64,000 bases of DNA from Polyangiaceae bacterium (GCA_050287085.1 JBNKBE010000027.1:13840-77839), one strand, 5' to 3'. Shown: positions 19,289 through 29,360, numbered from the stretch's first letter. Numbers and translations: made by a program. Notes: a model not told the origin generated them from the sequence alone.

Positions 19289-19831
19289 CTAGCGATGAGC
19301 TTGTCCCAGGGTGCGGGACGGAAAATGCACGTCGCGGCGGGGAGCGTTTGCTTCCGCGGCTGGGGCGTCACCAAGTAGGCCAAGGTCTCCCTCGAGTCGG
19401 CGCTCGGCGCGCAAGGTCCAGCCGCGTGGGTTGAGATTGGACCAGTGTTGCTCGATGCGTGTTGCGCGGAGCAAGCCTTCGTCCATGCGCGTCCATGACA
19501 CCATCACCGTCACGTCCGCTTCGTCCGGAGCTGTGTTCTCCACGCCGAGAATGTCTATGTCGACTACGCGAATCGCTTGGCCCCAGGCGCGGCGCTTTTC
19601 GAGGAAGGCGCTGCGCGACTCATCGTCGGTGCGTTCGGCGGCGATATCGAGTCGACCGAAGCGGGTGGCCAAGTTCATGTCGCGGGCGCTTTCGAGGAGG
19701 CGCTGCTGGTTGTTTTGTGGGGGCATGCAGCCGGCGAGCGCGAGCAGCGCAAGGCTGGTCGCCAGCCGCAGTGGGCTTCGCAAGTAGCGGTCATGGCGGC
19801 CCGGGCGCTCTGCGAGCGGAAGCGCGATCAT
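19289..19831 (-). CDS. Hypothetical lipoprotein
   Basis: Lipobox LALLALAG-C followed by an alpha+beta mature domain. Confidence 0.75.
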   Translation of the reverse strand: MIALPLAERPGRHDRYLRSPLRLATSLALLALAGCMPPQNNQQRLLESARDMNLATRFGRLDIAAERTDDESRSAFLEKRRAWGQAIRVVDIDILGVENTAPDEADVTVMVSWTRMDEGLLRATRIEQHWSNLNPRGWTLRAERRLEGDLGLLGDAPAAEANAPRRDVHFPSRTLGQAHR

Positions 19832-19908
19832 AGTTGGCCGCTAGCACTCGCTCCTTGGCCGCGCCAACTTTCCGGCGCGTTGGACAACTGCGCTACGCCA
19901 GCTTCAGG

Positions 19909-20967
19909 CTACGACTCGTGGAAGAGCGGCGGGCGATTCTTCACGTAACGCTCGATGAGGCGTTTGCCTTCTTCGGGCACATCGACCAGCTCCGCGCCGA
20001 AACCCGGCGGGGCGTAGGGTGCGGCGGAGGCCGTCTTGGGGGCGTCACGGCACCAGCGCACGACGCCGCGGGCGCGAAACTCGTATCCGCCCGGCATCAG
20101 CACGCGCAGAACGACGTTCTGGCCTACCGCCGGGGGGCTATAGGTGGCGATGAAGAGCCCCCCGTGGGTCAGGACGTCGTTGCCGCCCAGGCCGTGATAG
20201 AAGTTATTTGAGCTATGAACGCCGAGACTTGTGTCGATCGAGAGCGCGGGACGCGTTGGCGCGGAGCCGGCAGCCTGCTCGGAAGCCTGCGTTGAGCCGT
20301 TTGGAGGCGCCGCAGCCGCGGCGTCCAAAGACGGCTGTGGCGGACTCGCTGGGGGGTCCGCGGCCCTGAGCTGCTGCTCGAGGGTGCCCGCTAGATGCTG
20401 GGGGATGAGGGCGGTACGGCTGCCGTCGAAGGCGGATGCGGGGGCCTTTCCTTGTCGTGACAAAGGAATGGGAGCCGCGTCGGGCTCCTCGTCCGCGGGG
20501 TCGAACGCGTCGTTCAGGTGATCCGCCGTCGTGTCGGGGGATACGGACACGGGCTGGGCGGCGCCGCCCAGGAAGCCCGTGCTTGGGTCGGTAGAAGGGA
20601 TTTCTTCCGTGACCGGTGCCAGCGCGAGCTCGCTTGGTTCGGCCACGGCCGCCGGCGCCGCATGAGCTAGGGCGTGCACGCCCCCCAAGGCCTCGGCCAC
20701 CTTGGCGATGGCCGCTTCCGCTCGAGCCGGGTCGCATTCCGTTTCTTGCAGCAGCGCCAGAGCTCGCTGAACGGCAGCGAGTGCGCTTGCGGCGAGGTGC
20801 CTTTGGTGCTCGGGCGCCTCTTCCAGGTCAAAAAGCGCGCTCATGGCCTCGGCTATGGGGTCGGCAGCCTGCAGGAACGCAGGATCCACCCCCTCGCTCT
20901 GCAATTGGGCGAGCGCGGCTGCAAGGGTCATGCGCGCCGCGCGCGCAGAGATGACGACATCACTCAT
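19909..20967 (-). CDS. Protein with C-terminal PilZ-like domain (TIGR02266-type myxobacterial family)
   Basis: HSSNNFY...GGLFIATY...GVVRWCR...PPGFG...RPPLFHE; helical N-terminus and Pro/Ala linker. Confidence 0.85.
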   Translation of the reverse strand: MSDVVISARAARMTLAAALAQLQSEGVDPAFLQAADPIAEAMSALFDLEEAPEHQRHLAASALAAVQRALALLQETECDPARAEAAIAKVAEALGGVHALAHAAPAAVAEPSELALAPVTEEIPSTDPSTGFLGGAAQPVSVSPDTTADHLNDAFDPADEEPDAAPIPLSRQGKAPASAFDGSRTALIPQHLAGTLEQQLRAADPPASPPQPSLDAAAAAPPNGSTQASEQAAGSAPTRPALSIDTSLGVHSSNNFYHGLGGNDVLTHGGLFIATYSPPAVGQNVVLRVLMPGGYEFRARGVVRWCRDAPKTASAAPYAPPGFGAELVDVPEEGKRLIERYVKNRPPLFHES

Positions 20968-21112
20968 GGTCCTAGCGTTTACGCGGTGAGAGTTTAGCAC
21001 TTCCGAGCCCAGAAAGGCGAGCCGGGATGCAAGCTCGACGCGTCGGGGCGGCCGTCATGGACGAGCATGCTCCGAAAAGTTGCTCGTCGCGTGAAGGGAT
21101 TGCTAGCGGAGG

Positions 21113-21883
21113 TTGGGTATGGGTTTCGGCGCGCGTATGTCAGCATTCCGCCCGTTCCTGCGGCCGGGTCACCGCTTTGACTCGAGCGCCGCAGGTCGGC
21201 CGCTGCTGGTATTTGAGCATGTGCACCAGGCCTACGGTCCAAGCTGCAGCGTATTGCGCGACCTGAATCTAACGATTCAGCGGGGCGAATTCGTATTCTT
21301 CACGGGACCGTCCGGGGCCGGCAAGAGCACCCTGCTCAAGCTGGTGTACGCGCAAGAGCGTCCGGACGGGGGACGTGTCTTGTTCATGGGGCGGGACGTC
21401 GGGCACCTCCGCCCTGAGTCGATTCCCTTCCTGCGTCGCAATATCGGGGTGGTATTTCAGGATTTTCGACTGATCGACAACTGGCCGGTAGCTGAGAATG
21501 TAGCCTTGCCCCTGCAGGTGCTTGGGCTTCCGCAGCGTACCGTCGACACCCGGGTTAGCGAAGTACTGGAACAGGTTGGGCTAGGGGGGCGCGGGCGCGA
21601 GCTTGCGGGGCACCTGAGTGGCGGAGAACGCCAGCGCGCTGCGGTTGCTCGCGCGATCGTCGGAGAGCCGGCCTTGGTGCTTGCCGATGAACCCACGGGC
21701 AACCTGGATCCGCAACTTGCCGTCGATATTCTCGAGCTGCTCTTCGACATCAACAGCACGGGGGTCACCGTGCTCTTTGCAACCCACGACCGGACCTTGC
21801 TGGATGTTCATCCGCGTCGGGTTGTCGTCCTCGACGAAGGTCAAGTTACCGACGTCCCAGGAGGCTTGCGCACGGTAGCGTGA
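21113..21883 (+). CDS. ftsE: Cell division ABC ATPase FtsE (start may be ATG 21137)
   Basis: GPSGAGKSTLLK, IPFLRRNIGVVFQDFRLI, LSGGERQR, LADEPTGNLD, ATHD; followed by ftsX. Confidence 0.95.
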   Translation: MGMGFGARMSAFRPFLRPGHRFDSSAAGRPLLVFEHVHQAYGPSCSVLRDLNLTIQRGEFVFFTGPSGAGKSTLLKLVYAQERPDGGRVLFMGRDVGHLRPESIPFLRRNIGVVFQDFRLIDNWPVAENVALPLQVLGLPQRTVDTRVSEVLEQVGLGGRGRELAGHLSGGERQRAAVARAIVGEPALVLADEPTGNLDPQLAVDILELLFDINSTGVTVLFATHDRTLLDVHPRRVVVLDEGQVTDVPGGLRTVA

Positions 21884-21896
21884 GCGCGGCGTAGTA

Positions 21897-22784
21897 GTGG
21901 CCCAAGGGCGAGCAATGCAGACGATTCATCGAGCGTGGCGCGGCGGGAAGAGCGAATGGCGGACCCATATGGTCACGGTATTGAGCTCATCCGTTGCTTT
22001 CCTATGTCTGGCCTTTGCGCTGCTCACCGTGTTCAATCTGCGCGGGTTGCAACAGCGGTGGGAGGCGATGGGGAGGCTGTCCGTCTACCTGACGAGTTCC
22101 GCGAGTGCCGACGACGTCTTGCGCCTCAAACAAGCGCTCGAAGCGATCCCAGCGGTGGAGCAGGTGCGCGAAGTTACAAGCGAAGAGGCGCGCCGTGAGT
22201 TGCTTCAGGCGGCACCGACAGCCGTCTTGAAGGCTCTTCCTTCCGATGCCTTTCCGGCATCGCTCGAAGTGCGTCTGGTAGAACAGGCTCCGAGCGATGC
22301 GCTCGACACCCTCGCAGAGCGGATCGGGCGCTTCAACTACGTCGAGTCTATCGAGACCTACCGCGTTTGGTCGCAGCGGGTTGCGCGCTTCGTGGGGGCC
22401 GCGATCTTGGTCGCCGCAGCCCTTGCGCTGGTGGTCTTCCTAGCCGTGGTGACGACCGTTTCGTCTTCGACCAAGCTTATGCTCGAGCGACGCCGCGCCG
22501 AGGTCGAGGTGCTGCGCGTGGTGGGTGCCACGGCGGCGTACGTTCGGCGCCCCTTCATGGTGGAGGGTGCGGTTCAGGGCGCGGTGGGCGCTACTGCGGC
22601 CCTATTGCTCGCAGGAGCTGCCTTCCTAGCGTTGCAGCAAGCGTTCAGCGAGTCGCTCACCTTGTTCTTGGGCGCGTCCCCGCACTTCTTGCCCTTCTGG
22701 GTATGCGTCAGCCTCATCGCGGTGGGAGGTCTGCTCGGCTCTGTTGCGGCCGGCGTGAGCCTACGTCGTTCGGTGTTGGTATGA
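21897..22784 (+). CDS. ftsX: Cell division permease FtsX
   Basis: 1+3 TM topology; RRAEVEVLRVVGATAAYVRRPFMVEG. Confidence 0.93.
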   Translation: MAQGRAMQTIHRAWRGGKSEWRTHMVTVLSSSVAFLCLAFALLTVFNLRGLQQRWEAMGRLSVYLTSSASADDVLRLKQALEAIPAVEQVREVTSEEARRELLQAAPTAVLKALPSDAFPASLEVRLVEQAPSDALDTLAERIGRFNYVESIETYRVWSQRVARFVGAAILVAAALALVVFLAVVTTVSSSTKLMLERRRAEVEVLRVVGATAAYVRRPFMVEGAVQGAVGATAALLLAGAAFLALQQAFSESLTLFLGASPHFLPFWVCVSLIAVGGLLGSVAAGVSLRRSVLV

Positions 22785-23752
22785 AGGCGGGGCGAAGCGT
22801 ACGCGCGTGGGCTAGTTATGGCCTGATGGCTGCGTTTGCTTCCGCGGCGGCCGCGGCGGCCGCGGTGGGTACCGGGCCGGGGGAACCCGCAAGTGGGCTC
22901 GGAGCTGAGGATCCCGACTTTCGCGCCTATGTGCACACGCACGAACTGAAAGAAGCTGAAGCGCGACTCTCTCGCGTGACGAATGAGCTGCGGCGACTCG
23001 AGACTCGTACCCGGGAGCGCGGGCGAGTCTTCGTTCGGATGATGCGTCTCGGATTGCTTCCGCTCAGCGATGGTTTCGAAGGCATGGCTATGCACGCCAG
23101 TCGCGCCGAGCGGCTGCGACGCGCCGTGGCCAGCGATCTGGCCCGAGCTACCGAACTCAAACGAGCCCAGCGTCTGCTCCGCATCCACCTGAGCCGGGCT
23201 GAGCGGCAGCGCCACGATGACCACGGGCAGATCCTCGACTACCAGCAGACCCGGCAGGCCATCGAAGCGGCGCGCGAGCGAGAGCTGGCCTATCGGCGAG
23301 CGTTCGAGCCTGACTATGAGGCCGCCAACGAGCACACCGCGGTTTACGCCGCGGCCCCGCGGGACGCTTTGGTGGCTAGGACCTTCGCGGATGCGCGAGG
23401 TCGCCTCTTGTTCCCTGTCAAAGGGCGCTCGGAAATGAAGGCGGGAAGCGCTGCCGGAGCCACCGGTCCGGGGCTCTTGGTATCGGGAGCGGCGGGAGCC
23501 GAAGCGCTGAGCGTATTTGGCGGCACGGTGATCTTGGCCGGTGACTACGGCCAGCTTGGGCTCGGTGTTGTCGTTGACCACGGCGGCGGATACACGACGC
23601 TGACGGCGGGTCTGGCCGACTTCGTGGCGGAAGTGGGGGAGCGCATTCCAGCGGGGGCGACCTTGGGCCACGTGCCCCACAGCGGAGAGCTCTACATCGA
23701 GGTTCGCCATCAGGGGGCTGCCATCGAGCCGGCTGGTTGGTTTGGGATCTAG
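22781..23752 (+). CDS. EnvC-like murein hydrolase activator (coiled coil and degenerate M23/LytM domain)
   Basis: Signal-like N-terminus and coiled coil; ARGRLLFPVKG, VVVDHGGGYTT, LYIEVR lacking Zn ligands as in EnvC; ATGA-coupled to ftsX. Confidence 0.85.
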   Translation: MKAGRSVRAWASYGLMAAFASAAAAAAAVGTGPGEPASGLGAEDPDFRAYVHTHELKEAEARLSRVTNELRRLETRTRERGRVFVRMMRLGLLPLSDGFEGMAMHASRAERLRRAVASDLARATELKRAQRLLRIHLSRAERQRHDDHGQILDYQQTRQAIEAARERELAYRRAFEPDYEAANEHTAVYAAAPRDALVARTFADARGRLLFPVKGRSEMKAGSAAGATGPGLLVSGAAGAEALSVFGGTVILAGDYGQLGLGVVVDHGGGYTTLTAGLADFVAEVGERIPAGATLGHVPHSGELYIEVRHQGAAIEPAGWFGI

Positions 23753-23761
23753 CTTCGCCCG

Positions 23762-23789
23762 CCCGAGCCGCAACCCGATGCGGCTCGGG
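23762..23789. terminator. GC-rich hairpin after the envC-like gene
   Basis: Perfect 11-bp stem CCCGAGCCGCA/TGCGGCTCGGG with a 6-nt loop; no U-tract. Confidence 0.5.
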
Positions 23790-23803
23790 ACGATGACGCG
23801 GAC

Positions 23804-24259
23804 ATGAACACCACCATTGCTTCCCTCCGCGCCTCCCTTTCATCGGCGACGCCCGCTTCTCGCTACTCCCTGGGGCCCGCTGCGACCCGAACAACCGCGC
23901 CTGAAGGCAGCGCGTTTCGGGACGCTCTCCGCGGTACGGCTGCGGCCGCGATTTCGGGGGCCCAAGCCGCGGCGCAGCGTTTCCCTGGGGGACCTTTGGT
24001 CGCGGCTACGCTCAGCGCCTCGGTGAGCCCCCAAGGAACGCTACCGGGCGCACCACTGGGCGCACCACTGGGCGCTGCAGGGGCACCGCCTGTCGCCGGC
24101 GAGCTGCAGACGACTTTGGACCGCCAGGCGGACAATGCCCTGCACTACCTGCAGCTGCAGCAGCAGGTGCAGGACGAAAACCGCAACTACACGACGCTAT
24201 CCAACGTGATGAAGGCACGGCACGACACCGTGAAGAGCGCGATCGGCAACCTGCGCTAG
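23804..24259 (+). CDS. Hypothetical protein with T3SS needle/rod-like C-terminal helix
   Basis: Ala/Gly/Pro-rich N-terminus; ends YLQLQQQVQDENRNYTTLSNVMKARHDTVKSAIGNLR. Confidence 0.78.
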   Translation: MNTTIASLRASLSSATPASRYSLGPAATRTTAPEGSAFRDALRGTAAAAISGAQAAAQRFPGGPLVAATLSASVSPQGTLPGAPLGAPLGAAGAPPVAGELQTTLDRQADNALHYLQLQQQVQDENRNYTTLSNVMKARHDTVKSAIGNLR

Positions 24260-24452
24260 TGAGCGCAGCCCGGCCCGCAGGCAATTTCTGGCCGGGAGCG
24301 CCGGACGCGCGCTCCTCAGCCACAGGGGGCTGCATTTGCGGTACGTTGCGACTAGACTGCGGGTTATCTCAACACGTGCGAGTTTGTGCGCTCAGGCCAC
24401 CGGTTTTGGCGCGCTCTGGTGAGGCGCGGTTCACAAGCAGAGGTATCCGGAG

Positions 24453-24920
24453 ATGGGCATCGATTCCATAGGTAGCGGCGGCATCAAGCCACCCGGCGGT
24501 GCGGGTTCGGGCGTGGGCGCTGCAGGTTCGGGCGTGGGCGCTTCGGGGGGCGTGGGGCGGGGGGGCGCTGCCAGCGAAGATTTCCGCGCCGTGCAGGCTG
24601 AGCTCGGGGCGACGTCGGACGCGGCCTCACCCACCGAGGCTGCGCAGGGCGCGCCTGTCACCGGCGCACCTGTCACCGGCGCAGCGCGTGATGCCGCGCC
24701 GAGCGATCTGGACCGCTTGGCGGCGCGGGAGATCAATTTCGACGAGTATGTGGAGTTGCGTCTCGAGCGGGCGCTGGGCCACCTGCAGGACCAGCTGGGG
24801 CCCGAACAGATCTCGGCGGTGCGAGAGCAGCTTCGCGATCAATTGGCCACCGATCCCACCTTGATTCGCTTGCTGAGTCAGATTCAGCGAGAGGCGTCCG
24901 ACGGAACACGCGGTGCCTAA
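24453..24920 (+). CDS. Hypothetical protein (Gly-rich disordered N-terminus, helical C-terminus)
   Basis: ATG after GAGG/GGAG; internal 21-bp and 15-bp duplications; helical domain LDRLAAREINFDEYVE...QLATDPTL. Confidence 0.75.
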   Translation: MGIDSIGSGGIKPPGGAGSGVGAAGSGVGASGGVGRGGAASEDFRAVQAELGATSDAASPTEAAQGAPVTGAPVTGAARDAAPSDLDRLAAREINFDEYVELRLERALGHLQDQLGPEQISAVREQLRDQLATDPTLIRLLSQIQREASDGTRGA

Positions 24921-25692
24921 GCCGCGCGGCGCAGAGGCGTTTGGGGCGGCGCCCCTCAGGCGTTATTCCTGGATGGGTCGCCCCTGCAATCGCACGGCAC
25001 CCTGGGCACTTGGGCTGTTGTTGGGCGGGGTCACGTTGAACTGTGGAGGTCCGGCGAAACCAGCGGATTGGCGCCTCACGCGCTCGGGGCAAAGCCTGAG
25101 CCCCGTACCGCCGCAGGGGGAGGATGCCCAGCGGAACGTTCCGGAGGGGACGGGCCTGCACCCTACCCTGGAAACGAATATGACTTTGGCAGAGGGGGAC
25201 ACGGGCAAGCCACCGCTGCCGGCAGCCACAGCGCCCAAGCCAACCAAAGGCTCGGAGAGCCTTCCGGATCCGCCTGCCACTCAATCGCGCCAGCAGTGGC
25301 GATTTCAGTTCCGGTACCAGGCCGGGCAAATCAGCGTTGAGGCGGTCGAAGCTCTACACTACGAGCAAGCGCAGACCGCCGCACGTCGCATGGGGCGGTT
25401 CGCGCTCGAGCTTTGGATCGGTCGCGAGCTCCTCGAGCGGGTTCGCTTCGACTTTCCGATGCTGGGCGCCCCAGAGCCGGAAACGGCCAGCGGGGTCGAG
25501 CTCGAGGCCAAGCTAGACTCCACCCGCAGCGTGCTCATTCCACACTCTCCGCGGGCAACCCGCGCGCAGCTCGTCGACCGGAAGTCGGGGCGCGTGTTTG
25601 CTCTGGACTGGCCGCCGCGTCCCGAGGGTCCCCCGGCGGTCCTCGAGGCCGAAGGGCCACCCGTCCCGCCGGCGACGCTTCCCGCAGACTGA
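24913..25692 (+). CDS. Hypothetical protein, possible lipoprotein
   Basis: Hydrophobic stretch ending VTLN-C; Pro-rich linker; globular part RRMGRFALELWIGRELLERVRFDFP. Confidence 0.7.
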   Translation: MPKPRGAEAFGAAPLRRYSWMGRPCNRTAPWALGLLLGGVTLNCGGPAKPADWRLTRSGQSLSPVPPQGEDAQRNVPEGTGLHPTLETNMTLAEGDTGKPPLPAATAPKPTKGSESLPDPPATQSRQQWRFQFRYQAGQISVEAVEALHYEQAQTAARRMGRFALELWIGRELLERVRFDFPMLGAPEPETASGVELEAKLDSTRSVLIPHSPRATRAQLVDRKSGRVFALDWPPRPEGPPAVLEAEGPPVPPATLPAD

Positions 25693-25807
25693 GTCGCTGA
25701 CGGCCATCTTCGGCTCCCGCCATCTCACCTTCGACCAGTCCTGAAAACCGTTTGGGTCTCTACGACCTATGGCGCGCGCACCCCTCGGTGTGCCAGGCTA
25801 GGAAGCC

Positions 25808-27577
25808 ATGGAATGCGAGGCGTGTGGGCACAACAACGTAGACGGTGCGCGGTTCTGCGCCAATTGCGGGATTACGGTGGCGATGCCCGCCACGGGTGAC
25901 AATCCGCTGCTCGGGAAGGTTGTTGGGGGGCGCTATCGGATAACCGGGATCATCGGCGAAGGCGGCATGGGTATTGTCTATGAGGGCGAGCAGCAGATGG
26001 GGTCCACCGTCCGCAAGGTCGCTGTCAAGACTCTGCACGCGGAGCTGTCGCGAGATCCTTCGGTGACGGCGCGCTTCCATCGCGAGTGTGGCACCGTGGC
26101 TCAGCTAGAGCACCCCAACACGATCAAGGTCTACGACTTTGGGGCGATGGATGACGGCACTTTGTACATCGCCATGGAGTACCTGGCGGGGGAGTCGCTC
26201 GATAGGGTCATCGAGCGAGAAGGTGCGTTGCACCCCGAGCGAGTGCTGAAACTGCTGCGGCAAGTGGGGGGCTCGCTCGAAGAAGCACACGGTCAAGGGA
26301 TCATCCACCGCGACTTGAAGCCTGAAAACGTCATTCTGACCGAGCGGGCGGGGACCAAAGACGTCGTCAAATTGCTCGACTTTGGGATTGCCGCGCGCAC
26401 CGAGTCGGCTGACGCAGAGCGTGAAGCGAAGCTCACGCAGCAGGGCATGGTGCTGGGTACGCCTCCCTACATGAGCCCCGAGCAGTTTACGGGCAAGGCA
26501 CTCGATCGCCGGAGCGACATTTATTCGATGGCGGTGATGGCCTACCAGATGCTGACGGGCCAGCTGCCGTTTGATGCCAACACCCCGTGGGAGTGGGCGA
26601 CTGAGCACATGACGGCGCAACCACGTCCGTTTGAGACCATGCCCGTCAGCGCTGCGATCCCACCGGGAATGCGAGCTGCAATTCTGAAGGCGCTCTCCAA
26701 AGATCGGGAAGAGCGTTTTTCAACCGTGTCCGAGTTCTTGAGCGCAATGAGCGCTGGGACGGGTCCCCAGGCGGTAGCGCCATTGGGCGAGACTGGGACG
26801 GCTGCCATGGAAGCGGTACCCAACTTCGCGATGGGCGGGGGCGCGGCACCCACCGCTGCGATGCCGCTTAAGCCAGAGGCCGGCGCGACGGGGGGCATGC
26901 CGGTGGCGGTGCCCGCGGCCCCCAGCTCCCATGGTCGCGCTAGCGCGAAGCCCATGGGATTGATCTTTGGTTTGGGGGGGGTTGCCGTGTTGTTGGCCGC
27001 TGGGATCGGTTTTGCCACCTTGGGCGGCAGCGACGGTGGTGATGCGACGGCATTGCCGCTGCCGACGGCGCCCGAGCCCGTAGCCGTTGCGCCGGTGGCG
27101 ACCACCGACGAGACAGAGCCGTCGCCCGCGCCTGACCAAGAGGAAGAGCCCCAAGCTCCGAGCGAGCCGGTGGTGGCAGCTCCGCCCAAGACGCCGACCA
27201 AGGCTCCAGAGAAGACGCCCACTGCAACGCGCCCTCCACCGACGCAAGAACCCACCAAGCCGCCGACAACGCAGCCCACTAAGCCGCCGCCGCCAAAGTC
27301 GGAGCCCGCTCCATCCGCCGGGAATGCCGCCTGTGACGCCTGTATCTCTCAAGCCAACGCCGGCAATCTCAGTGCTGCTGCCAGTAGCTACGCTGCCTGC
27401 GGCGACGCCGCCAAAAAACGGGCGTGCAGCATGCGTGCGCGCGTCCGAGCCGGGCAGTCGGGGGCAGCGGCCGCAAAGAGCGGAGATTGCGCAAAAGCAA
27501 GGCAAATCCTGGCGGCGGCCCAAGCGATGGGGGCGGCGTCACCGAGTTTGAGCAAGGCTGTAAGCTCCTGTAAGTAG
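25808..27577 (+). CDS. Hanks-type Ser/Thr protein kinase with N-terminal zinc ribbon, one TM and Pro-rich/Cys-containing ectodomain
   Basis: CEAC...CANC; GEGGMG, VAVK, HRDLKPEN, DFG, GTPPYMSPEQ, DIYSM. Confidence 0.97.
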   Translation: MECEACGHNNVDGARFCANCGITVAMPATGDNPLLGKVVGGRYRITGIIGEGGMGIVYEGEQQMGSTVRKVAVKTLHAELSRDPSVTARFHRECGTVAQLEHPNTIKVYDFGAMDDGTLYIAMEYLAGESLDRVIEREGALHPERVLKLLRQVGGSLEEAHGQGIIHRDLKPENVILTERAGTKDVVKLLDFGIAARTESADAEREAKLTQQGMVLGTPPYMSPEQFTGKALDRRSDIYSMAVMAYQMLTGQLPFDANTPWEWATEHMTAQPRPFETMPVSAAIPPGMRAAILKALSKDREERFSTVSEFLSAMSAGTGPQAVAPLGETGTAAMEAVPNFAMGGGAAPTAAMPLKPEAGATGGMPVAVPAAPSSHGRASAKPMGLIFGLGGVAVLLAAGIGFATLGGSDGGDATALPLPTAPEPVAVAPVATTDETEPSPAPDQEEEPQAPSEPVVAAPPKTPTKAPEKTPTATRPPPTQEPTKPPTTQPTKPPPPKSEPAPSAGNAACDACISQANAGNLSAAASSYAACGDAAKKRACSMRARVRAGQSGAAAAKSGDCAKARQILAAAQAMGAASPSLSKAVSSCK

Positions 27578-28075
27578 TTGAAAATAGAAAACATTGTCGC
27601 GCCCCTGTGGAAAACTAAAGGGCTGGACTTTCTTGCCGTTGGGTTTGTCCCGTAGTTGCCCTTGACGCGTCGCAGCACGGCCGAGTAGACCGCAATCATC
27701 GCCTGCAGCGAGCTTTTGCTTACGGATCCAATATTTGCTGTTTTTCGACTAGCACCGGACTTCCTGAGACACTGAATCGCTAATAAGCTGGAGTACAAGG
27801 CTCCCGATCTTCCGAAGCCCAACTGGCACGTGTGCCAAGGCGGACGCGATACGCACAGAAGTAGGCTGTGCGACACACTCGGTAGAGTGGAGCTATTGGT
27901 TCAAATTGCCGCCTTTTCTAGTTTGGGACCGACGAGTGCATGGCTGCCCTCCAATGAGCGACTCAAGCCGCTCAGCGTGAGGGCCCAGCGAAGATCGGGT
28001 CTACTGTGGCGTGATGTGCGTGCCCCATGGGTCGCTGCGCGCCGCTCCGCTGCGGGTTTCCCCCGAAGGTAACAT

Positions 28076-28351
28076 ATGAGTGGACGAATGACATGGAGCC
28101 AGATTCGCCAGTGCTCGGACTACATGGGCAAGTGGATTGCCCTGGAGCCCAGCCGCTACGACGAGCAGAGCCTCCAGCCCGAAGAGGGTGAAGTGGTGGA
28201 TGCCGACGTGGATCTAACGGCCCTCTGTGCCCGGATGCGACAAAGCGACCGCTCTTCGTGTGCGATTCGCTTCTGTGAGGTCGAGGAGGCGGTGCCCCAT
28301 TCCTCGTTGCGGCCGGCAACCCCGAGCCTGCCTGTCGGATCGCGCGCCTAG
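28076..28351 (+). CDS. Small hypothetical protein (DUF5678-like)
   Basis: AAGG upstream of ATG; YMGKWIAL...GEVVDADVDL pattern. Confidence 0.65.
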   Translation: MSGRMTWSQIRQCSDYMGKWIALEPSRYDEQSLQPEEGEVVDADVDLTALCARMRQSDRSSCAIRFCEVEEAVPHSSLRPATPSLPVGSRA

Positions 28352-28403
28352 ACGCCGATTTACTGCGAGCCCCCGCGGCGTTGAGGCAAGCGGACGGTGT
28401 GCC

Positions 28404-29327
28404 TCAACGCACCACAGGCTTGATCTGGGGGCGGCCGTCGCGGACTTCCACGCGAAAATCGACGTTGCGACCTGTGTATTGAGCTCGCAGCTTTTCGTCT
28501 GTCGCCCTGAGAGAACGCGCCAGGGCGGCACGGTCGACGCGGGAGTTGGGGTTGACCTTGCGTTTCTCGGCCACCAGCTCTCGATACAGACGCTCGATCG
28601 TGGCGTCCGCCAGGCTGGAGTGGTCTTCGGATGCTTGTTGGGGGTTGCCGCGGGAGCGGTGCGTTGCCGTTTGAGCTTGCGCGGAAGGTTCGGGTCGCCG
28701 CCCGGTGCGCCGCGCTGAGGCTGTTTGTGGGAGCACTTCTTTCGGAGCGGGCGGGCCGGCTTGGGGGGGCTCGAATAGATCCGTGGGCGTTCGCGGCGGA
28801 GACAATACCGACCTACCTTCATCACCCGGGGCCTTCAGGACCCCTTTGAACGCCGCCTCGAGCGCATCGCGGGTGACCTTGTCGCTGTCCACGTTCTCGT
28901 CGAGCAGCCGCTCGAGGTCGAGCTCGGTCTGTTTGAGCACGCTTTCGCGCTTTGAGGGGGGGAGCTCAGACTGCCGCGTGGGGGCAAAGGAGTCGTGTGA
29001 TTCAACGGGCTCGGCGTTGCTCCCGAAGCGGCGTTCGGCCCGGGCCACGTGTCGGCGGTAGGTGCCGTTCTCAATCTGTTTGCAGGTGCGCGTCCAGTAC
29101 TGTTGCAGCGTGTTGTAGCGCTGGATGATGCCCTGGAGGCGGAAGCGCTTGGCGGTGTTGTTGGTGCGGACCTTGCGCAGCGCCCAGATCCTGCGGTCGA
29201 CGTCTTTGCGCGCAACGCCGGGCTCGATCCGCTCTATGCCGAGGAAGTATTGTTCGTACAGTGAACGCAAGCGTTCGAGTCGAAGCTCCAGCTCCGCAAG
29301 CTCGTGGTCGAATTCGCTCTTGTTCAC
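28404..29327 (-). CDS. MXAN_5187 C-terminal-domain-like protein
   Basis: LRSLYEQYFLGIERIEP...IENGTY N-terminus and IERLYREL...VDFRVEVRDGRPQIKP C-terminus, recognised as this myxobacterial family. Confidence 0.75.
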   Translation of the reverse strand: MNKSEFDHELAELELRLERLRSLYEQYFLGIERIEPGVARKDVDRRIWALRKVRTNNTAKRFRLQGIIQRYNTLQQYWTRTCKQIENGTYRRHVARAERRFGSNAEPVESHDSFAPTRQSELPPSKRESVLKQTELDLERLLDENVDSDKVTRDALEAAFKGVLKAPGDEGRSVLSPPRTPTDLFEPPQAGPPAPKEVLPQTASARRTGRRPEPSAQAQTATHRSRGNPQQASEDHSSLADATIERLYRELVAEKRKVNPNSRVDRAALARSLRATDEKLRAQYTGRNVDFRVEVRDGRPQIKPVVR

Positions 29328-29360
29328 AGATCCCCTTGATCGCGTTGCCGAGCCCCGGAC

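Noticed and set aside
23400..23752. Loss of Zn ligands in the M23 domain as a novelty
   Set aside because: This is expected for EnvC-type activators encoded with ftsEX.
22574..23773. Long antisense ORFs (399 aa here; also 56758-57732, 26720-27523, 26542-27279)
   Set aside because: They are shadows of well-supported genes, as expected in high-GC DNA.
27824..27837. TGGCAC as a sigma54 promoter (also 35862 and 19162)
   Set aside because: No GC or GA at the required GG-N10 spacing; the 35862 site is one arm of a terminator-like hairpin.
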